From positions 256,001-320,000 of the forward strand of contig CAVXGR010000005.1 in the NCBI GenBank assembly GCA_963761335.1: a DNA stretch of 64,000 nt. Direction: 5' to 3'. Shown in pieces: positions 1 to 9,726 of this stretch (position 1 is the stretch's first letter; each line of letters opens with the position of its first letter). The DNA comes from an uncultured delta proteobacterium (lineage in GTDB: Bacteria; Desulfobacterota; Binatia; HRBIN30; BPIQ01). A model generated the notes under the pieces. That model made no database searches, was not told the origin of the DNA, and saw only the letters and a list, made by a program, of their open reading frames with translations. The position numbers and the translations under genes were made by a program.

Positions 1-613
1 CGATTGACGTGCAGCACCTGCCATTGTGTCTCGTCCAGGAGCTGCCGCAGCTCCAGCGGCCGGCAACCGCCGACGAGGGATGGTCGTATGCGGTGGATCG
101 TCGTCCAGACGGCAATCACGAAGCGGCTCGGCAGGCTCGTCCCGAACGTGAGGCTCGTCAGGCACAGCCGCCCGCCGGGTCGAGAATGCGGCGGGCGTCG
201 GACAGGGTCGCGGCGATGTCTTCCTTCGACAGGAGGTCGAGGACGTAGGTCGAGAGGAAGCGGTCGCAGCTTCCATCGGCAGTGGGCAACGGCAGCGTGC
301 CCGCGGCCTGGCGCACCTCGGCGCGCTCGCCGAAGCGCTGCAGGCGCCGTTGGGCCAGGCCGACCATGGTCGAGCTGACGTCCACGCCGAGGTAGTGCGC
401 CTGCGGCGGAAGATGACTCTGGAGAAGCATCTCGGCGACCCGTCCGGTGCCGCATCCGAGCTCGAACACGCTTCGCGCCTCTTCGAAAGCGGCATGGGCG
501 ATCAGATCGCGCAGCGCCGGCTCCTCGTAGAACGCCTGGCTGTCCTGCTTTGCCCCGAAACCGTCGTAGAAGGCGCGGGCTTCGTCGTGGCTGAGGGTTT
601 TCAGTTCGTCCAT
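1..613 (-). pseudogene. Class I SAM-dependent methyltransferase with a single-base frameshift near 181; runs off the left edge
   Basis: ORF 158..613 has the SAM motif VFELGCGTG and GVDVS. It stops at RILDPAGGCA*, but an alternative frame continues as PGGRLCLTSLTFG...VGGCRPLEL to the edge. Restoring one base gives the typical LRPGG motif. Could be a sequencing error rather than a true pseudogene. Confidence 0.75.
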
Positions 614-664
614 CTGCAGGCCCTCCCGTCGAACGTGTGATTCCGATCGTATGCGCGCTCAGAT

Positions 665-1600
665 TCAAGCGGCGCTACGGGCTCCGTCGAGACAGCGATG
701 CACCTCGACGGTGACGTGCGCCAGATCGCGGTGGCTCGCCAGGAGCTGCTTGTAGTGCGCCGGCTCACGCGGGTGCTGCGTGACCACCGAGATGATTGCC
801 GCCAGGTGCTGCGGGCCGACGCGCCACAGGTGCAGATCGGCCATCCGGTTGTCTGCATCCGCCTCGATTGCCTTCCTGATCGACTCGTGGCGCTCCTCAC
901 CGGCCTCGGCATCGAGCAGCACGCGGCTGGTGTCGCGCAAGAGCCCCCAGGACCAACGAGCAATCACCACCGAGCCGATCAGACCGGTCATCGAGTCCAT
1001 CCATGTCCAGCCGAAGTACTTGCCCGCCGTCAGGGCGCCGATGGCCAGCACCGAGGTCAGCGCGTCCGCCAGCACGTGGAGGTAGGCACCGCGCAGGTTG
1101 TGATCGTGGTGGTGGTGATCTTCGCCGACAGTGGAGAGCGCGTGATCCTCGCGCAGCAGAACGGCACAGACGATGTTGACGAGAAGCCCGACCCAGGCGA
1201 CCGCGATCGCCTCGTTGAAGCGGATCGGGGACGGGGTGGCGAGCCGCTCGACGCTCTCGCCGCAGACCAGGATGGCGACCACCGCCAGGCCGACGGCGCT
1301 GGCGAAGCCGCCGAGCGCCGCTACCTTTCCGGTGCCGAAGCTGTAGCGGGGATCGTCCGCGTGGCGCCTGGCGTAGGCATAGGCGAAGGCGGCGACGCCC
1401 AGGGCGGCGGCGTGCGTCGCCATGTGCCAGCCGTCCGCGAGGAGTGCCATCGAGCCAAACGCCAGGCCGGCGACGATCTCGACCACCATCATGGTTGCGG
1501 TCAGGCCGATGACCCATCGGGTGCGCTGCTCGCCCCGCGTCTTGATGCCGGTTCCGAACGAATGGCGGTGCCGCCAGGGCTCCGTGGATTCGAGGTGCAT
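665..1600 (-). CDS. dmeF: CDF-family Co(II)/Ni(II) efflux transporter, DmeF-like
   Basis: Motifs SMALLADGWHMATH, His-rich loop DHHHHDHNLRGAYLHVLADALTS, C-terminal HVTVEV. ATG at 1600 follows a purine-rich RBS. Confidence 0.88.
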   Translation of the reverse strand: MHLESTEPWRHRHSFGTGIKTRGEQRTRWVIGLTATMMVVEIVAGLAFGSMALLADGWHMATHAAALGVAAFAYAYARRHADDPRYSFGTGKVAALGGFASAVGLAVVAILVCGESVERLATPSPIRFNEAIAVAWVGLLVNIVCAVLLREDHALSTVGEDHHHHDHNLRGAYLHVLADALTSVLAIGALTAGKYFGWTWMDSMTGLIGSVVIARWSWGLLRDTSRVLLDAEAGEERHESIRKAIEADADNRMADLHLWRVGPQHLAAIISVVTQHPREPAHYKQLLASHRDLAHVTVEVHRCLDGARSAA

Positions 1601-1670
1601 GCTTTCCTTCCTTACTTTGCTCATATCGCCCCGAGCCGCAGCCCTCAAGGTCGACACGGGGCACTTGCCG

Positions 1671-4600
1671 TCACGACGCCTGCGCCGTGCCGCGACCCTT
1701 CCACAGCGCGAAGATGGCCGGATAGACGGTCAGCTCCAGCAGGAACGAGGTCGCCAGCCCGCCGACCATGGGCGCGGCGATGCGGCGCATGACGTCGGCG
1801 CCGGTGCCGGTGCTCCACATCACCGGCAGAAGGCCGATGAAGGTGGTGAGCACGGTCATCAGCTTCGGGCGGATGCGCCGCGCGGCGCCCTCGACGATGG
1901 CCTCGCGCAGGTCCGCCGGAGATCGCATCCGGCCCTCCTCCCGGGCGCGCTCGTAGGCGAGCTTCAGGTAGAGCAACATGACCACGCCGGTCTCGGCGTC
2001 CAGACCGGCGAGGGCGATGAGCCCCACCCAGACGGCGACGCTGGTGTTGTAGCCGAGCAGGTAGAGGAGCCACACGGCGCCGATCAGAGAGAACGGCACC
2101 GCCGCCAGGACGATCGCCACCTCGGTCGCCGAGCCGGTGTTGAAGTAGAGCAGCAGGCAGATGAGGAAGAGCGTGACCGGCACCACCACCTTGAGGCGCT
2201 CCTTGGCGCGCTCGAAGTACTGGAACTGACCGGCCCACTCGAGGCGCAGGCCCGCAGGCAGGCGCACCTGGCGGGCGACCACCTCCTTGGCCTGCGCGAC
2301 GTACTCCGCGATCGCCCGGTCCCCGGTGTCGACGAAGACGTAGCCCACCAGGCGGCCGCCCTCGCTGCGGATCATCGGTGGTCCGGTGGCGAACTCGATG
2401 TCGGCCACCTGCCGCAGGGGCACCTGCGCGCCTCCCGGAGTCGCCACCAGCACGCGCTCGAGGGCCGTCGGGTCGTCGCGGAAATCGCGAGCGTAGGCGA
2501 CGCTCACCGGGTAGCGCTCGCGCCCCTCGACGGTCTCGGACACCTGCATGCCGCCGATTGCCGTCTGCACCACGTCGTTGACGTCGGCGACGCGCAGCCC
2601 GTAGCGCGCCGCCGCGGCGCGATCGACTTTCACGTCGAGATAGAAGCCGCCGGTGGAGCGGTCGGCGAAGGCGCTGCGCGTGCCGGGGATCGCCGCAACC
2701 GCCTGCTCGATGCGCACCGCGGTGTCCTCGATGGTCGCCAGATCGTCGCCGAAGATCTTGATGCCGAGTGGGCTGCGAATGCCGGTGGAGAGCATCTCGG
2801 TGCGCGTCTGGATCGGCATCCACCAGATGTTCGGCATGCCGGGATAGCGCAGCGCGCGATCCATCTCGGAGATCAGGTCGTCCCAGGTCATTCCTTGCCG
2901 CCACTGCTCCCGCGGCTTGAGCATTACCACCGTCTCGACCATGCCGATCGGCGCCGGATCGGTGGGTGAGCTGGCGCGCCCCATCTTGCCGAAGACGCTC
3001 ATCACCTCGGGGAACTGCTTGAGCTTGCGGTCCATCGACTGCAGCAGCACGCTGGCCTCGCTCATCGACATTCCCGGCGGAGCGGTCGGCATGTAGAGGA
3101 TGGCGCCCTCGTTGAGCGGCGGCATGAACTCGCTCTGGATCTGCAACGCCGCCGGAACGGTCAGGGCCACGGCGATCACCGCCAGGGCGATGACCGAGCG
3201 ACGGAAGCGCACCACGAAACGGACCACCGGCACGTAGAGGGCGATGAGAATGCGGTTGAGCGGGTTGGCCTCCTCGCCGCGGATGCGGCCGCGCACGAAG
3301 ATGGCCGCCAGCGCCGGGGTGAGCGTGATCGCCAGCAGCGCCGCGAAGCCCATGGAGTAGGTCTTGGTGAAGGCCAGCGGCCGAAACAGGCGGCCCTCGA
3401 CCGCCTGCAGGGTGAACACCGGCAGAAAGGAGACGGTGATCACCAGGAGCGAGAAGAAGATGCTCGGGCCCACCTCCTGCATGGCCCCGATCAGCACCTG
3501 CAGTCGGTCGCCGGGACGGCCGACCTCCTCCCAGACCTCGAGCTTCTTGTGGATGTTCTCGATGATGATGATCGAGGCGTCGACCATGGCGCCGATGGCC
3601 ACGGCGATGCCCCCGAGCGACATGATGTTGATGGTCAGCCCCTGGTAGAACATGGGCACGAAGGAGAGCAGCACGGCCAGTGGCAGGGTGACGATCGGCA
3701 CCAGAGCGCTGCGCGCGTGCAGCAGGAAGACGAAGATCACCAGGCTGACCACCAGCATCTCCTCGATGAGCGTGTGGCGCAGGGTGTCGATCGAGGCCTC
3801 GATCAGCCCCGAGCGATCGTAGGTGGTGACCACCTTCACGCCTGCCGGCAGCGTCTTCTGCAGCTGCGCCAGGCGCTCCTTCACCGCGCCGATGACGCGC
3901 AGGGCGTTCTCCCCGTAGCGCATGACGACGATGCCCCCGACCACCTCGCCGCGGCCGTCGAGATCGGCGAGGCCGCGGCGCGGCGCCGGACCGAGCTTCA
4001 CCTCGCCGACGTCGCGGATGTAGACCGGGGCGCCCGTGGTCCCGACCTTCAGCGGCACGAGCTCGAGATCCTGCTTCTTCTTCACGTAGCCGCGACCGCG
4101 CACCATGAACTCGTGCTCGGAGAGCTCCAACACCTGGCCGCCGACCTCCTGGTTCGACTCGCGCACCGCCTGCACCACCTCGCGCAGGGGGATGCCGAGG
4201 GCCACCAGCTTGTTCGGGTCGAGAAGGATCTGGTACTCCTTGCCGAAGCCGCCGACCGAGGCGACCTCGGCGACTCCGGGCACGCTCTCGATGGCGTAGC
4301 GCAGGTTCCAGTCCTGCAGGCTGCGCAGCTCCTGGAGGTCGAGCGTGCCGCTCTCGTCGACGAGCGCGTACTCGAACACCCAGCCGACACCCGTGGCATC
4401 GGGGCCGAGGACCGGCGTCACCCCCTGCGGCAGCGCATTGGAGACCTCGTCGAGATACTCGAGGACTCGAGAGCGCGCCCAGTAGATGTCGGTTCCGTCC
4501 TCGAAGATGGCGTAGACGAAGGACATGCCGAACATCGACTGGCCGCGCACGTACTTGATGCGCGGCGCCGCCAGGAGGCTTGCGGAGATTGGATAGGTGA

Positions 4601-4793
4601 TCTGGTCCTCGACGATGTCGGGGCTCTGTCCGGGCCACTCGGTGAAGACGATCACCTGCACGTCCGACAGGTCCGGTATGGCGTCGAGCGGCGATTGGCG
4701 CATCGACCACGCCCCCCATGCCGCCAGGGCGGCGACGAAGAGCAGCGTGAGAAGAGGGTGCCGCGCGCAGGCGGCGATGACCCGGCCGATCAT
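1671..4793 (-). CDS. cusA: CusA-family heavy-metal RND permease (copy 1)
   Basis: LDAIPDLSDVQVIVFTEWPG and GPDATGVGW motifs; Met-triad equivalents LYMPT, APIGMVET, TEMLSTG. ATG overlaps the upstream stop (ATGA). Confidence 0.95.
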   Translation of the reverse strand: MIGRVIAACARHPLLTLLFVAALAAWGAWSMRQSPLDAIPDLSDVQVIVFTEWPGQSPDIVEDQITYPISASLLAAPRIKYVRGQSMFGMSFVYAIFEDGTDIYWARSRVLEYLDEVSNALPQGVTPVLGPDATGVGWVFEYALVDESGTLDLQELRSLQDWNLRYAIESVPGVAEVASVGGFGKEYQILLDPNKLVALGIPLREVVQAVRESNQEVGGQVLELSEHEFMVRGRGYVKKKQDLELVPLKVGTTGAPVYIRDVGEVKLGPAPRRGLADLDGRGEVVGGIVVMRYGENALRVIGAVKERLAQLQKTLPAGVKVVTTYDRSGLIEASIDTLRHTLIEEMLVVSLVIFVFLLHARSALVPIVTLPLAVLLSFVPMFYQGLTINIMSLGGIAVAIGAMVDASIIIIENIHKKLEVWEEVGRPGDRLQVLIGAMQEVGPSIFFSLLVITVSFLPVFTLQAVEGRLFRPLAFTKTYSMGFAALLAITLTPALAAIFVRGRIRGEEANPLNRILIALYVPVVRFVVRFRRSVIALAVIAVALTVPAALQIQSEFMPPLNEGAILYMPTAPPGMSMSEASVLLQSMDRKLKQFPEVMSVFGKMGRASSPTDPAPIGMVETVVMLKPREQWRQGMTWDDLISEMDRALRYPGMPNIWWMPIQTRTEMLSTGIRSPLGIKIFGDDLATIEDTAVRIEQAVAAIPGTRSAFADRSTGGFYLDVKVDRAAAARYGLRVADVNDVVQTAIGGMQVSETVEGRERYPVSVAYARDFRDDPTALERVLVATPGGAQVPLRQVADIEFATGPPMIRSEGGRLVGYVFVDTGDRAIAEYVAQAKEVVARQVRLPAGLRLEWAGQFQYFERAKERLKVVVPVTLFLICLLLYFNTGSATEVAIVLAAVPFSLIGAVWLLYLLGYNTSVAVWVGLIALAGLDAETGVVMLLYLKLAYERAREEGRMRSPADLREAIVEGAARRIRPKLMTVLTTFIGLLPVMWSTGTGADVMRRIAAPMVGGLATSFLLELTVYPAIFALWKGRGTAQAS

Positions 4794-6403
4794 TGCCAGT
4801 GCTCCATCGCCAGCTTGAGCCGGCTCTCGGCGGCGATCAGGAAGTTCCCGGAGGTGACGATGACATCGCCCTCCTGCAGTCCCGCGGTGATCTCCACCAG
4901 ATTTTCGGACTTCTGTCCGATCTCGACGCGCTGCGGCTTGAGGCGTCCCTGGCCGAGATCGAGGAAGACGAAGCGGCGCGCACCGGCATAGAGGATCGCC
5001 TGCTCCGGGACGGTCAGGCGCTCGCCGAGGTCGCGCTGCAGCTCGACGTTGGCGTACATGTCCGGCTTCAGACGGCGGCCGGGGTTGTCGAGCTCGACGC
5101 GTACGCGGCCGGTGCGCGTCGTGTCGTCGAGGTAGGGATAGACGAAGGCGACGCGCCCGTGCAGGACCTCGCCGGGAACATACGCCAGGGTGACCACCGC
5201 TTCGTCTCCGGGATGCACCAGGGCCAGCTCCGACTCGTAGACCTCGGCCTCCACCCAGACGCGATCCAGGCCGGCGATGCGGAACAGCTTCATGCCCGGC
5301 TCGACGGCGGCGCCCTCGACGACGTTCTTCTCGACCACGGCGCCGGACACCGGAGAGAGGATGGGAACATACTCGAGCGGCTTGCCGGAGCGCGCGATCC
5401 GATCGATCTGCGCCTCGCCCAGATCCCACAGGCGCAGTCGCTGCCGCGCCGCGCCCACCAGGTAGTCGGCGCGATCGGGTGCCGAGGTCTTCGCCGCGGC
5501 GCGCCGGCTGGCCAGCGCCGTGAGGAGCTCCTGCTGGGTGGCGTAGAGATCCGGGCTGTAGAGGGTGAACAGCGGCTCGCCCTTGTGCACCTCCTGGCCC
5601 GGAGTGTCGGCGTAGAGAGTGCCGATCCACCCCTGATACTTGACGGAGACGTCGGCGAGGCGGGTCTGGTCGTAAACCACCTTGCCGACGGCGCGGATGG
5701 TGATCGTCAGCGGTCGCCGCTGCACCGGCGCCGTGGTGACGCCGATGGTCTGCCGGCGCTGCGCATCCACCATGATGACTCCGGTCTCCGCCTCGCTGCG
5801 CGTCACCGGCACCAGATCCATCGAGCAGATCGGGCAGGTGCCCGGCTTCTGGCTGCGCACCGACGGATGCATCGAGCAGGTGTAGTAGGCGATCTCGTCA
5901 CCGCCCGCGGCGGCGTTCTTTCCGTCGTCTGCCGACCCCGTTCCGGTCGATCCGGCGGTCAGCCCGCGACGGCCGACGGTGATGCCGTAGTTGGCCTCCG
6001 CGGAAGTGCCGCCGGCGGCGATTGCGACCTGCACCGTCCAGCTGCCCCCCATCGGGAAGTCCAGAGCGGCGATGTAGCGCCCGCCGCCGAGCGGCGTCAC
6101 CGGACCCTTGCCGCGCATCTCCGACATGGCGCCCATGGCCGGCATCAGGTAGCCCACCTGGATCTGGGCGTTCTCGACTGGAGCGCCGAGGGCGTCGGTG
6201 AGGCGCAAGCGCAGGGCATTTCCCTTTTCCGCGGGCGGATCGGGGCGGATCTCGGCGGCGATGGTGAAGTCCCCCGCGCGAGTCTCCACGGTGTTGCCGG
6301 GGGGGCGGTCGCAGGAAAGTGGCGTCGCCACCAGGGTGAGCATCGACATGAAGCGCGCCAGCGTCGAAAGGCGCGTGAGCGCAATTGACGTGAACATCTT
6401 CAT
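4790..6403 (-). CDS. cusB: CusB-family RND periplasmic adaptor with N-terminal YtkA/FixH-like domain and a heavy-metal-binding domain
   Basis: YLMPAMGAM...GGGRY...FPMGGSW (YtkA-like); YYTCSMHP...CPICSMDLVP; MFP core LYSPDL, LKPDMY, SGNFLIAAESRL. Confidence 0.9.
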   Translation of the reverse strand: MKMFTSIALTRLSTLARFMSMLTLVATPLSCDRPPGNTVETRAGDFTIAAEIRPDPPAEKGNALRLRLTDALGAPVENAQIQVGYLMPAMGAMSEMRGKGPVTPLGGGRYIAALDFPMGGSWTVQVAIAAGGTSAEANYGITVGRRGLTAGSTGTGSADDGKNAAAGGDEIAYYTCSMHPSVRSQKPGTCPICSMDLVPVTRSEAETGVIMVDAQRRQTIGVTTAPVQRRPLTITIRAVGKVVYDQTRLADVSVKYQGWIGTLYADTPGQEVHKGEPLFTLYSPDLYATQQELLTALASRRAAAKTSAPDRADYLVGAARQRLRLWDLGEAQIDRIARSGKPLEYVPILSPVSGAVVEKNVVEGAAVEPGMKLFRIAGLDRVWVEAEVYESELALVHPGDEAVVTLAYVPGEVLHGRVAFVYPYLDDTTRTGRVRVELDNPGRRLKPDMYANVELQRDLGERLTVPEQAILYAGARRFVFLDLGQGRLKPQRVEIGQKSENLVEITAGLQEGDVIVTSGNFLIAAESRLKLAMEHWQ

Positions 6404-8040
6404 CGCGGTTCTCCGTGGTCGGACTGCTGGTGGGTTTCCGCCGTTGTCGGAACGGCGGGGGCGAACGCCGTGCCGGGAAGGCCGCCGAGGAGGCGGGTGA
6501 GCTCGGCCAGACGCCGGTGGAAGTCGGCGAGCGCCTCTTCGTAGCTCAGCTGCACGGCGCGCTGGTTGCGCTCCGCGTCGATGAGGGCGAGGAAGCTGTT
6601 GCCGCCGCTCTCAAATCCGGCGCGCGCCGCCTGCACCTGATCGCGGGCGGCGGGCAGCAGGCGGCCGAGGTAGAGGTCGACGATGTGGTGCATCTCCAGC
6701 AATCGCGCCGCCGTTTGCTCGACGTCGGAGCGGACGTCGTCAATGAGGCGCTGGCGCTCGCTCTCTGCCTGCTGCAGCTTGGCGCGCGCCTCGGCTTCGG
6801 CGGCGTCGAGACGCCCGCGCCAGATCGGCAGGTTGACAGAGGCGCCAATCATCCAGCGGTGCTCCTCGTCGTTCCACATCGAGTTGTATGAGCTGGTGAG
6901 GCCGAAATCCGGATAGCGCTCCAGCCCGGCCAGCTCCACGGCGGCGCGGCGGCCGCGGACATCGGCGGCGGCCATCGCCAGCTCCGGTCGCCGTTCGACG
7001 GCGAGATCGGCGAGGCGATCGACATCGGTGTGGGCCATCTGCAGCAGCGGGCTCTCGGTGGGCGGCGGCAGCATCTTTGGCGGCGGCGGCAGCGGCGCCG
7101 CATAAGATCGGTGCAGCAGCGTGTTGATGCGGGCGACGAGCACGTCGCGGTCGGTTGCCAGGGTCACCTTGCGGTGCTCCAGGTGCGCCAGCTCGACCTC
7201 GGCCGCCAGCGGCTCCTGCTGCGACAGACGTCCGGCGGCGTACTGGTCGGTGGCGGCGCGCTTGAGCGCGGCGAGCAGGCGGACGTGCTCGTCGTTGATC
7301 TCGTCGGCGCGGTCGAGAAGGTAGTAATCGTAGAAGAGAAAGGTCGCCGCCAGAGCCGTCTCCAGGCGCAGCGAGTCGTACGCCTGCCGGCTCGATTCCG
7401 CCTCGGCGAGGGCCGCCTCGCCGCGCAGCCGCAGCTTTCCCGGCCAGGGGAGCTTCTGTGAGAGCTCGATCTGCTGGCCGTAGTCGACGCTGCTCGAGCC
7501 GATGCTCAGGGGCGCCAAGCCGTAGGCGAACATCGGATCGTCGAGCGCCGTGGCTTGCGGGTAGCGCGCTACGGTGGCGGTCCAGGCGCTGCGCAGCGCC
7601 GCCAGGCTCGGGTTGCGGCGCAGCACGGCGCGCCGCAGCTCGTCGACGTCGAGCACGGCTTCGCCCTGAAAGAGCGGCGCGTCACTGAACGCGGCGCCCC
7701 GCCGCGTAGTGAGGAGGCGGGACGCCTCCTCTACAGTGGACGCGGCGTCCCGCCGCGTGGTGAGGAGGCGGGACGCCTCCTCTACAGTAGACGCGGCGTC
7801 CCGCCGCGTGGTGAGGAGGCGGGACGCCTCCTCTACAGTGGACGCGGCGTCCCGCCGCGTGGTGGGGAGGTGGGACGCCTCCTCTACAGTGGACGCGGCG
7901 TCTCGCCGCGTGGTGGGGAGGCGGGACGCCTCCTCTACTTTGGGCCGCGGCCCGGAGCAGCCGGAACCACCGGCGGCGATGATCAGCATCGAGCTCCAGA
8001 GCACGCGAGCGATAGGTCGTCGCATGTGCAGTACTCCCAC
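6400..8040 (-). CDS. TolC/CusC-family outer membrane efflux lipoprotein with a 5x17-aa insertion near the N-terminus (start may be ~8025)
   Basis: Lipobox-like GSGC; OEP motifs LDDPMFAY, SQKLPWPGKL, NLPIW; ATGA overlap with the adaptor gene. Confidence 0.9.
   Translation of the reverse strand: MGVLHMRRPIARVLWSSMLIIAAGGSGCSGPRPKVEEASRLPTTRRDAASTVEEASHLPTTRRDAASTVEEASRLLTTRRDAASTVEEASRLLTTRRDAASTVEEASRLLTTRRGAAFSDAPLFQGEAVLDVDELRRAVLRRNPSLAALRSAWTATVARYPQATALDDPMFAYGLAPLSIGSSSVDYGQQIELSQKLPWPGKLRLRGEAALAEAESSRQAYDSLRLETALAATFLFYDYYLLDRADEINDEHVRLLAALKRAATDQYAAGRLSQQEPLAAEVELAHLEHRKVTLATDRDVLVARINTLLHRSYAAPLPPPPKMLPPPTESPLLQMAHTDVDRLADLAVERRPELAMAAADVRGRRAAVELAGLERYPDFGLTSSYNSMWNDEEHRWMIGASVNLPIWRGRLDAAEAEARAKLQQAESERQRLIDDVRSDVEQTAARLLEMHHIVDLYLGRLLPAARDQVQAARAGFESGGNSFLALIDAERNQRAVQLSYEEALADFHRRLAELTRLLGGLPGTAFAPAVPTTAETHQQSDHGEPR
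7684..7938. repeat. Five tandem copies of a 51-bp palindromic REP-like doublet, in frame in TolC
   Basis: Unit AGTGGACGCGGCGTCCCGCCGCGT-GGTG-AGGAGGCGGGACGCCTCCTCTAC; CTCTAC ends at 7734, 7785, 7836, 7887 and 7938; encodes VEEASRLxTTRRDAAST. Confidence 0.95.
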
Positions 8041-8161
8041 GGTCAGAGTTCATGAGAACGAGGGCACCCCACCACCGGGCGCGGAGATGCGGTATTCGCG
8101 CGCCGCGGCGGGCGCGAGCTGAACGGGACGAGGCCGTCCCGCCGTCACCGACCGAGGGTGA

Positions 8162-8575
8162 TCAGATCAGAAAGGAGCAGTTGCGAACGAAGAGAGGTAG
8201 GGGAGCGCCATGTGGAGGACCGCGCCAGGAAACGGCTTCCATCCGCGGCGCCGGGCTCGGGGCGTGAGTCACGGCGGTGGTGGCTGCCAGGACGGACGGA
8301 GGAGCGCCAGTGTCGGCGGCGACCGAGGAGACGGCTCCCGCCGGAGTGCGCTCGATTGTGCGCATCTGGCAGCAGCTCTTCGGCACCGCCGAGATCGAGG
8401 CACCCGAGGAGTTGCCGTTCTTCTGCGGGCAGCAGCAGGACAACCGCGCCTGTCCATCCACCGAGCAGATATAGAGGAGCATGCCCGAGAAGGCGGGCGA
8501 GGCGAGCAGCACCAGCGGCAGGATGAGCGCCGCGAGGGCTCCCTTGCTGCGGCTGGTGGTGCGGCGGATGAACAT
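8162..8575 (-). CDS. Exported Cys-rich leader protein with RGPP motif (DUF2946/HYC_CC_PP-like) upstream of Cus operon 1
   Basis: N-terminal hydrophobic segment, YIC...CCC...CC cluster, Pro/Ala linker, WRGPP and tail LFVRNCSFLI. Confidence 0.7.
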   Translation of the reverse strand: MFIRRTTSRSKGALAALILPLVLLASPAFSGMLLYICSVDGQARLSCCCPQKNGNSSGASISAVPKSCCQMRTIERTPAGAVSSVAADTGAPPSVLAATTAVTHAPSPAPRMEAVSWRGPPHGAPLPLFVRNCSFLI

Positions 8576-8641
8576 GGACGCGAATTCTAGGCCAGTTGCG
8601 CGGCTTTGCCAATCGCCGTCTGCGGATGGTGAGCGCGGCCC

Positions 8642-9181
8642 TCAGCCGGCGGCTCCTTGGTGGTGGTGCTCTTCTTCCTGCGTCGCGGCGCGCAGCTCGG
8701 ACTTCTCCTGCGGGGTGAGGTGCGGCAGGTGGCGGACGAAGGCGACGATCTTCCAGATCTCCTCGTCGGTGTGCGTCGGCGCGAAGGCGGGCATGCCGGT
8801 CATGCGCACACCTTGCCGGATGGTCCAGAAGAGCTCGCCGTCGCTGATCTCCTCGGAGTCCTTCCACAGCTCCGGAGCGTCGGGATGGAGCCCCTTGGCC
8901 AGCTCGGCGGGCTCGACGTCGGGGGCGCCGTGGCAGACGACACAGTTCTCGCGATAGTGGTCGAGGCCGACGGCGATCGCCGCCGGATCGCCGTCGAAGC
9001 GGCTTTGTGCCTGCGGCGCGGCGTGCTCGATCCACGAATCGTAGGCGAGCTCGCCCACGAAGCTCTCGACCGGCCCGGGCTCGGGCTTCGCCGACATGTC
9101 GATGAAGCCGAGCCGAAGAGCCAACAGCGGCGTGCCGATGCAGACGATCACCCCGAAGACGAAACCGGCCCAAAAGCGCAT
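8642..9181 (-). CDS. Membrane-anchored monoheme cytochrome c
   Basis: N-terminal TM segment, CVVCHG heme motif, GELFWTIRQGVRMTGMPAF, His-rich C-terminus. Confidence 0.9.
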   Translation of the reverse strand: MRFWAGFVFGVIVCIGTPLLALRLGFIDMSAKPEPGPVESFVGELAYDSWIEHAAPQAQSRFDGDPAAIAVGLDHYRENCVVCHGAPDVEPAELAKGLHPDAPELWKDSEEISDGELFWTIRQGVRMTGMPAFAPTHTDEEIWKIVAFVRHLPHLTPQEKSELRAATQEEEHHHQGAAG

Positions 9182-9295
9182 GTGCGTTCTCCTTTCTCGC
9201 TTCGCCAATTCCAACTGGGGACGCCGAGGCGTCGAGCCGTCCCGTATTGGCCTGCAACCATTGTGGCTGAGACCGTGCGGGACACAAGTCAGCCG

Positions 9296-9726
9296 CTACT
9301 TCGAAAATCTGCTGGGTGAAGGTCTGGCGGAGCCCCGGCGCTTGGGGTGGAGATTATCGCCCCGGAGGGGCGCGGGCATGTAGCCCCGGGTGCCAACCCG
9401 GGGACCGCGTCCCGATTGCCCGGATCTGCGCCCCGGAGGGGCGCAGGCGTAGGGGCCGCGTGAATCACGTCGATGAGCTTTCCACGCACCCAGCGGTGAT
9501 CATCGGCGTACAGGCGCGACATCGACGAAATTTTGCCCGCGCCCCTGGCGGGGCGCCTATGACGGACCGTGCACTTTTCCCCGGGTTTCACCCGGGGCTA
9601 CACGCCACTGCCCCTCCGGGGCGAACTTCGCCGAGGCCGGAACCCCCAAATCTCTTCCCGGGTCAGAACCCCGGCCTCATTTTCATCGTCTGCTGGCGAG
9701 CCGCAAGGCAAGGCTCATGACGCACT
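9296..9726 (+). mobile_element. ~430-bp non-autonomous palindromic (REPIN/MITE-like) element, copy A
   Basis: Near-identical to 29703-30384, 32077-32308 and 62224-62686. Built from GCCCCGGAGGGGCG and GTAGCCCCGGG-N-ACCCGGGG hairpins in inverted arrangement. Confidence 0.85.

Noticed and set aside
7684..7938. Possible CRISPR array
   Set aside because: Units are near-identical over all 51 bp with no unique spacers, lie in frame in a CDS, and no cas genes are present.
8579..8612. Sigma54 promoter for Cus operon 1
   Set aside because: TGGCCTAGAATTCGC fits the spacing but lies too close to the ATG at 8575, and the second TGGC site has the wrong spacing.
9289..9720. ORFs within the palindromic element (also 29647..30357, 29905..30315, 62160..62833)
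   Set aside because: Reading frames and ends differ between copies because of indels, and there are no transposase motifs; treated as non-coding.
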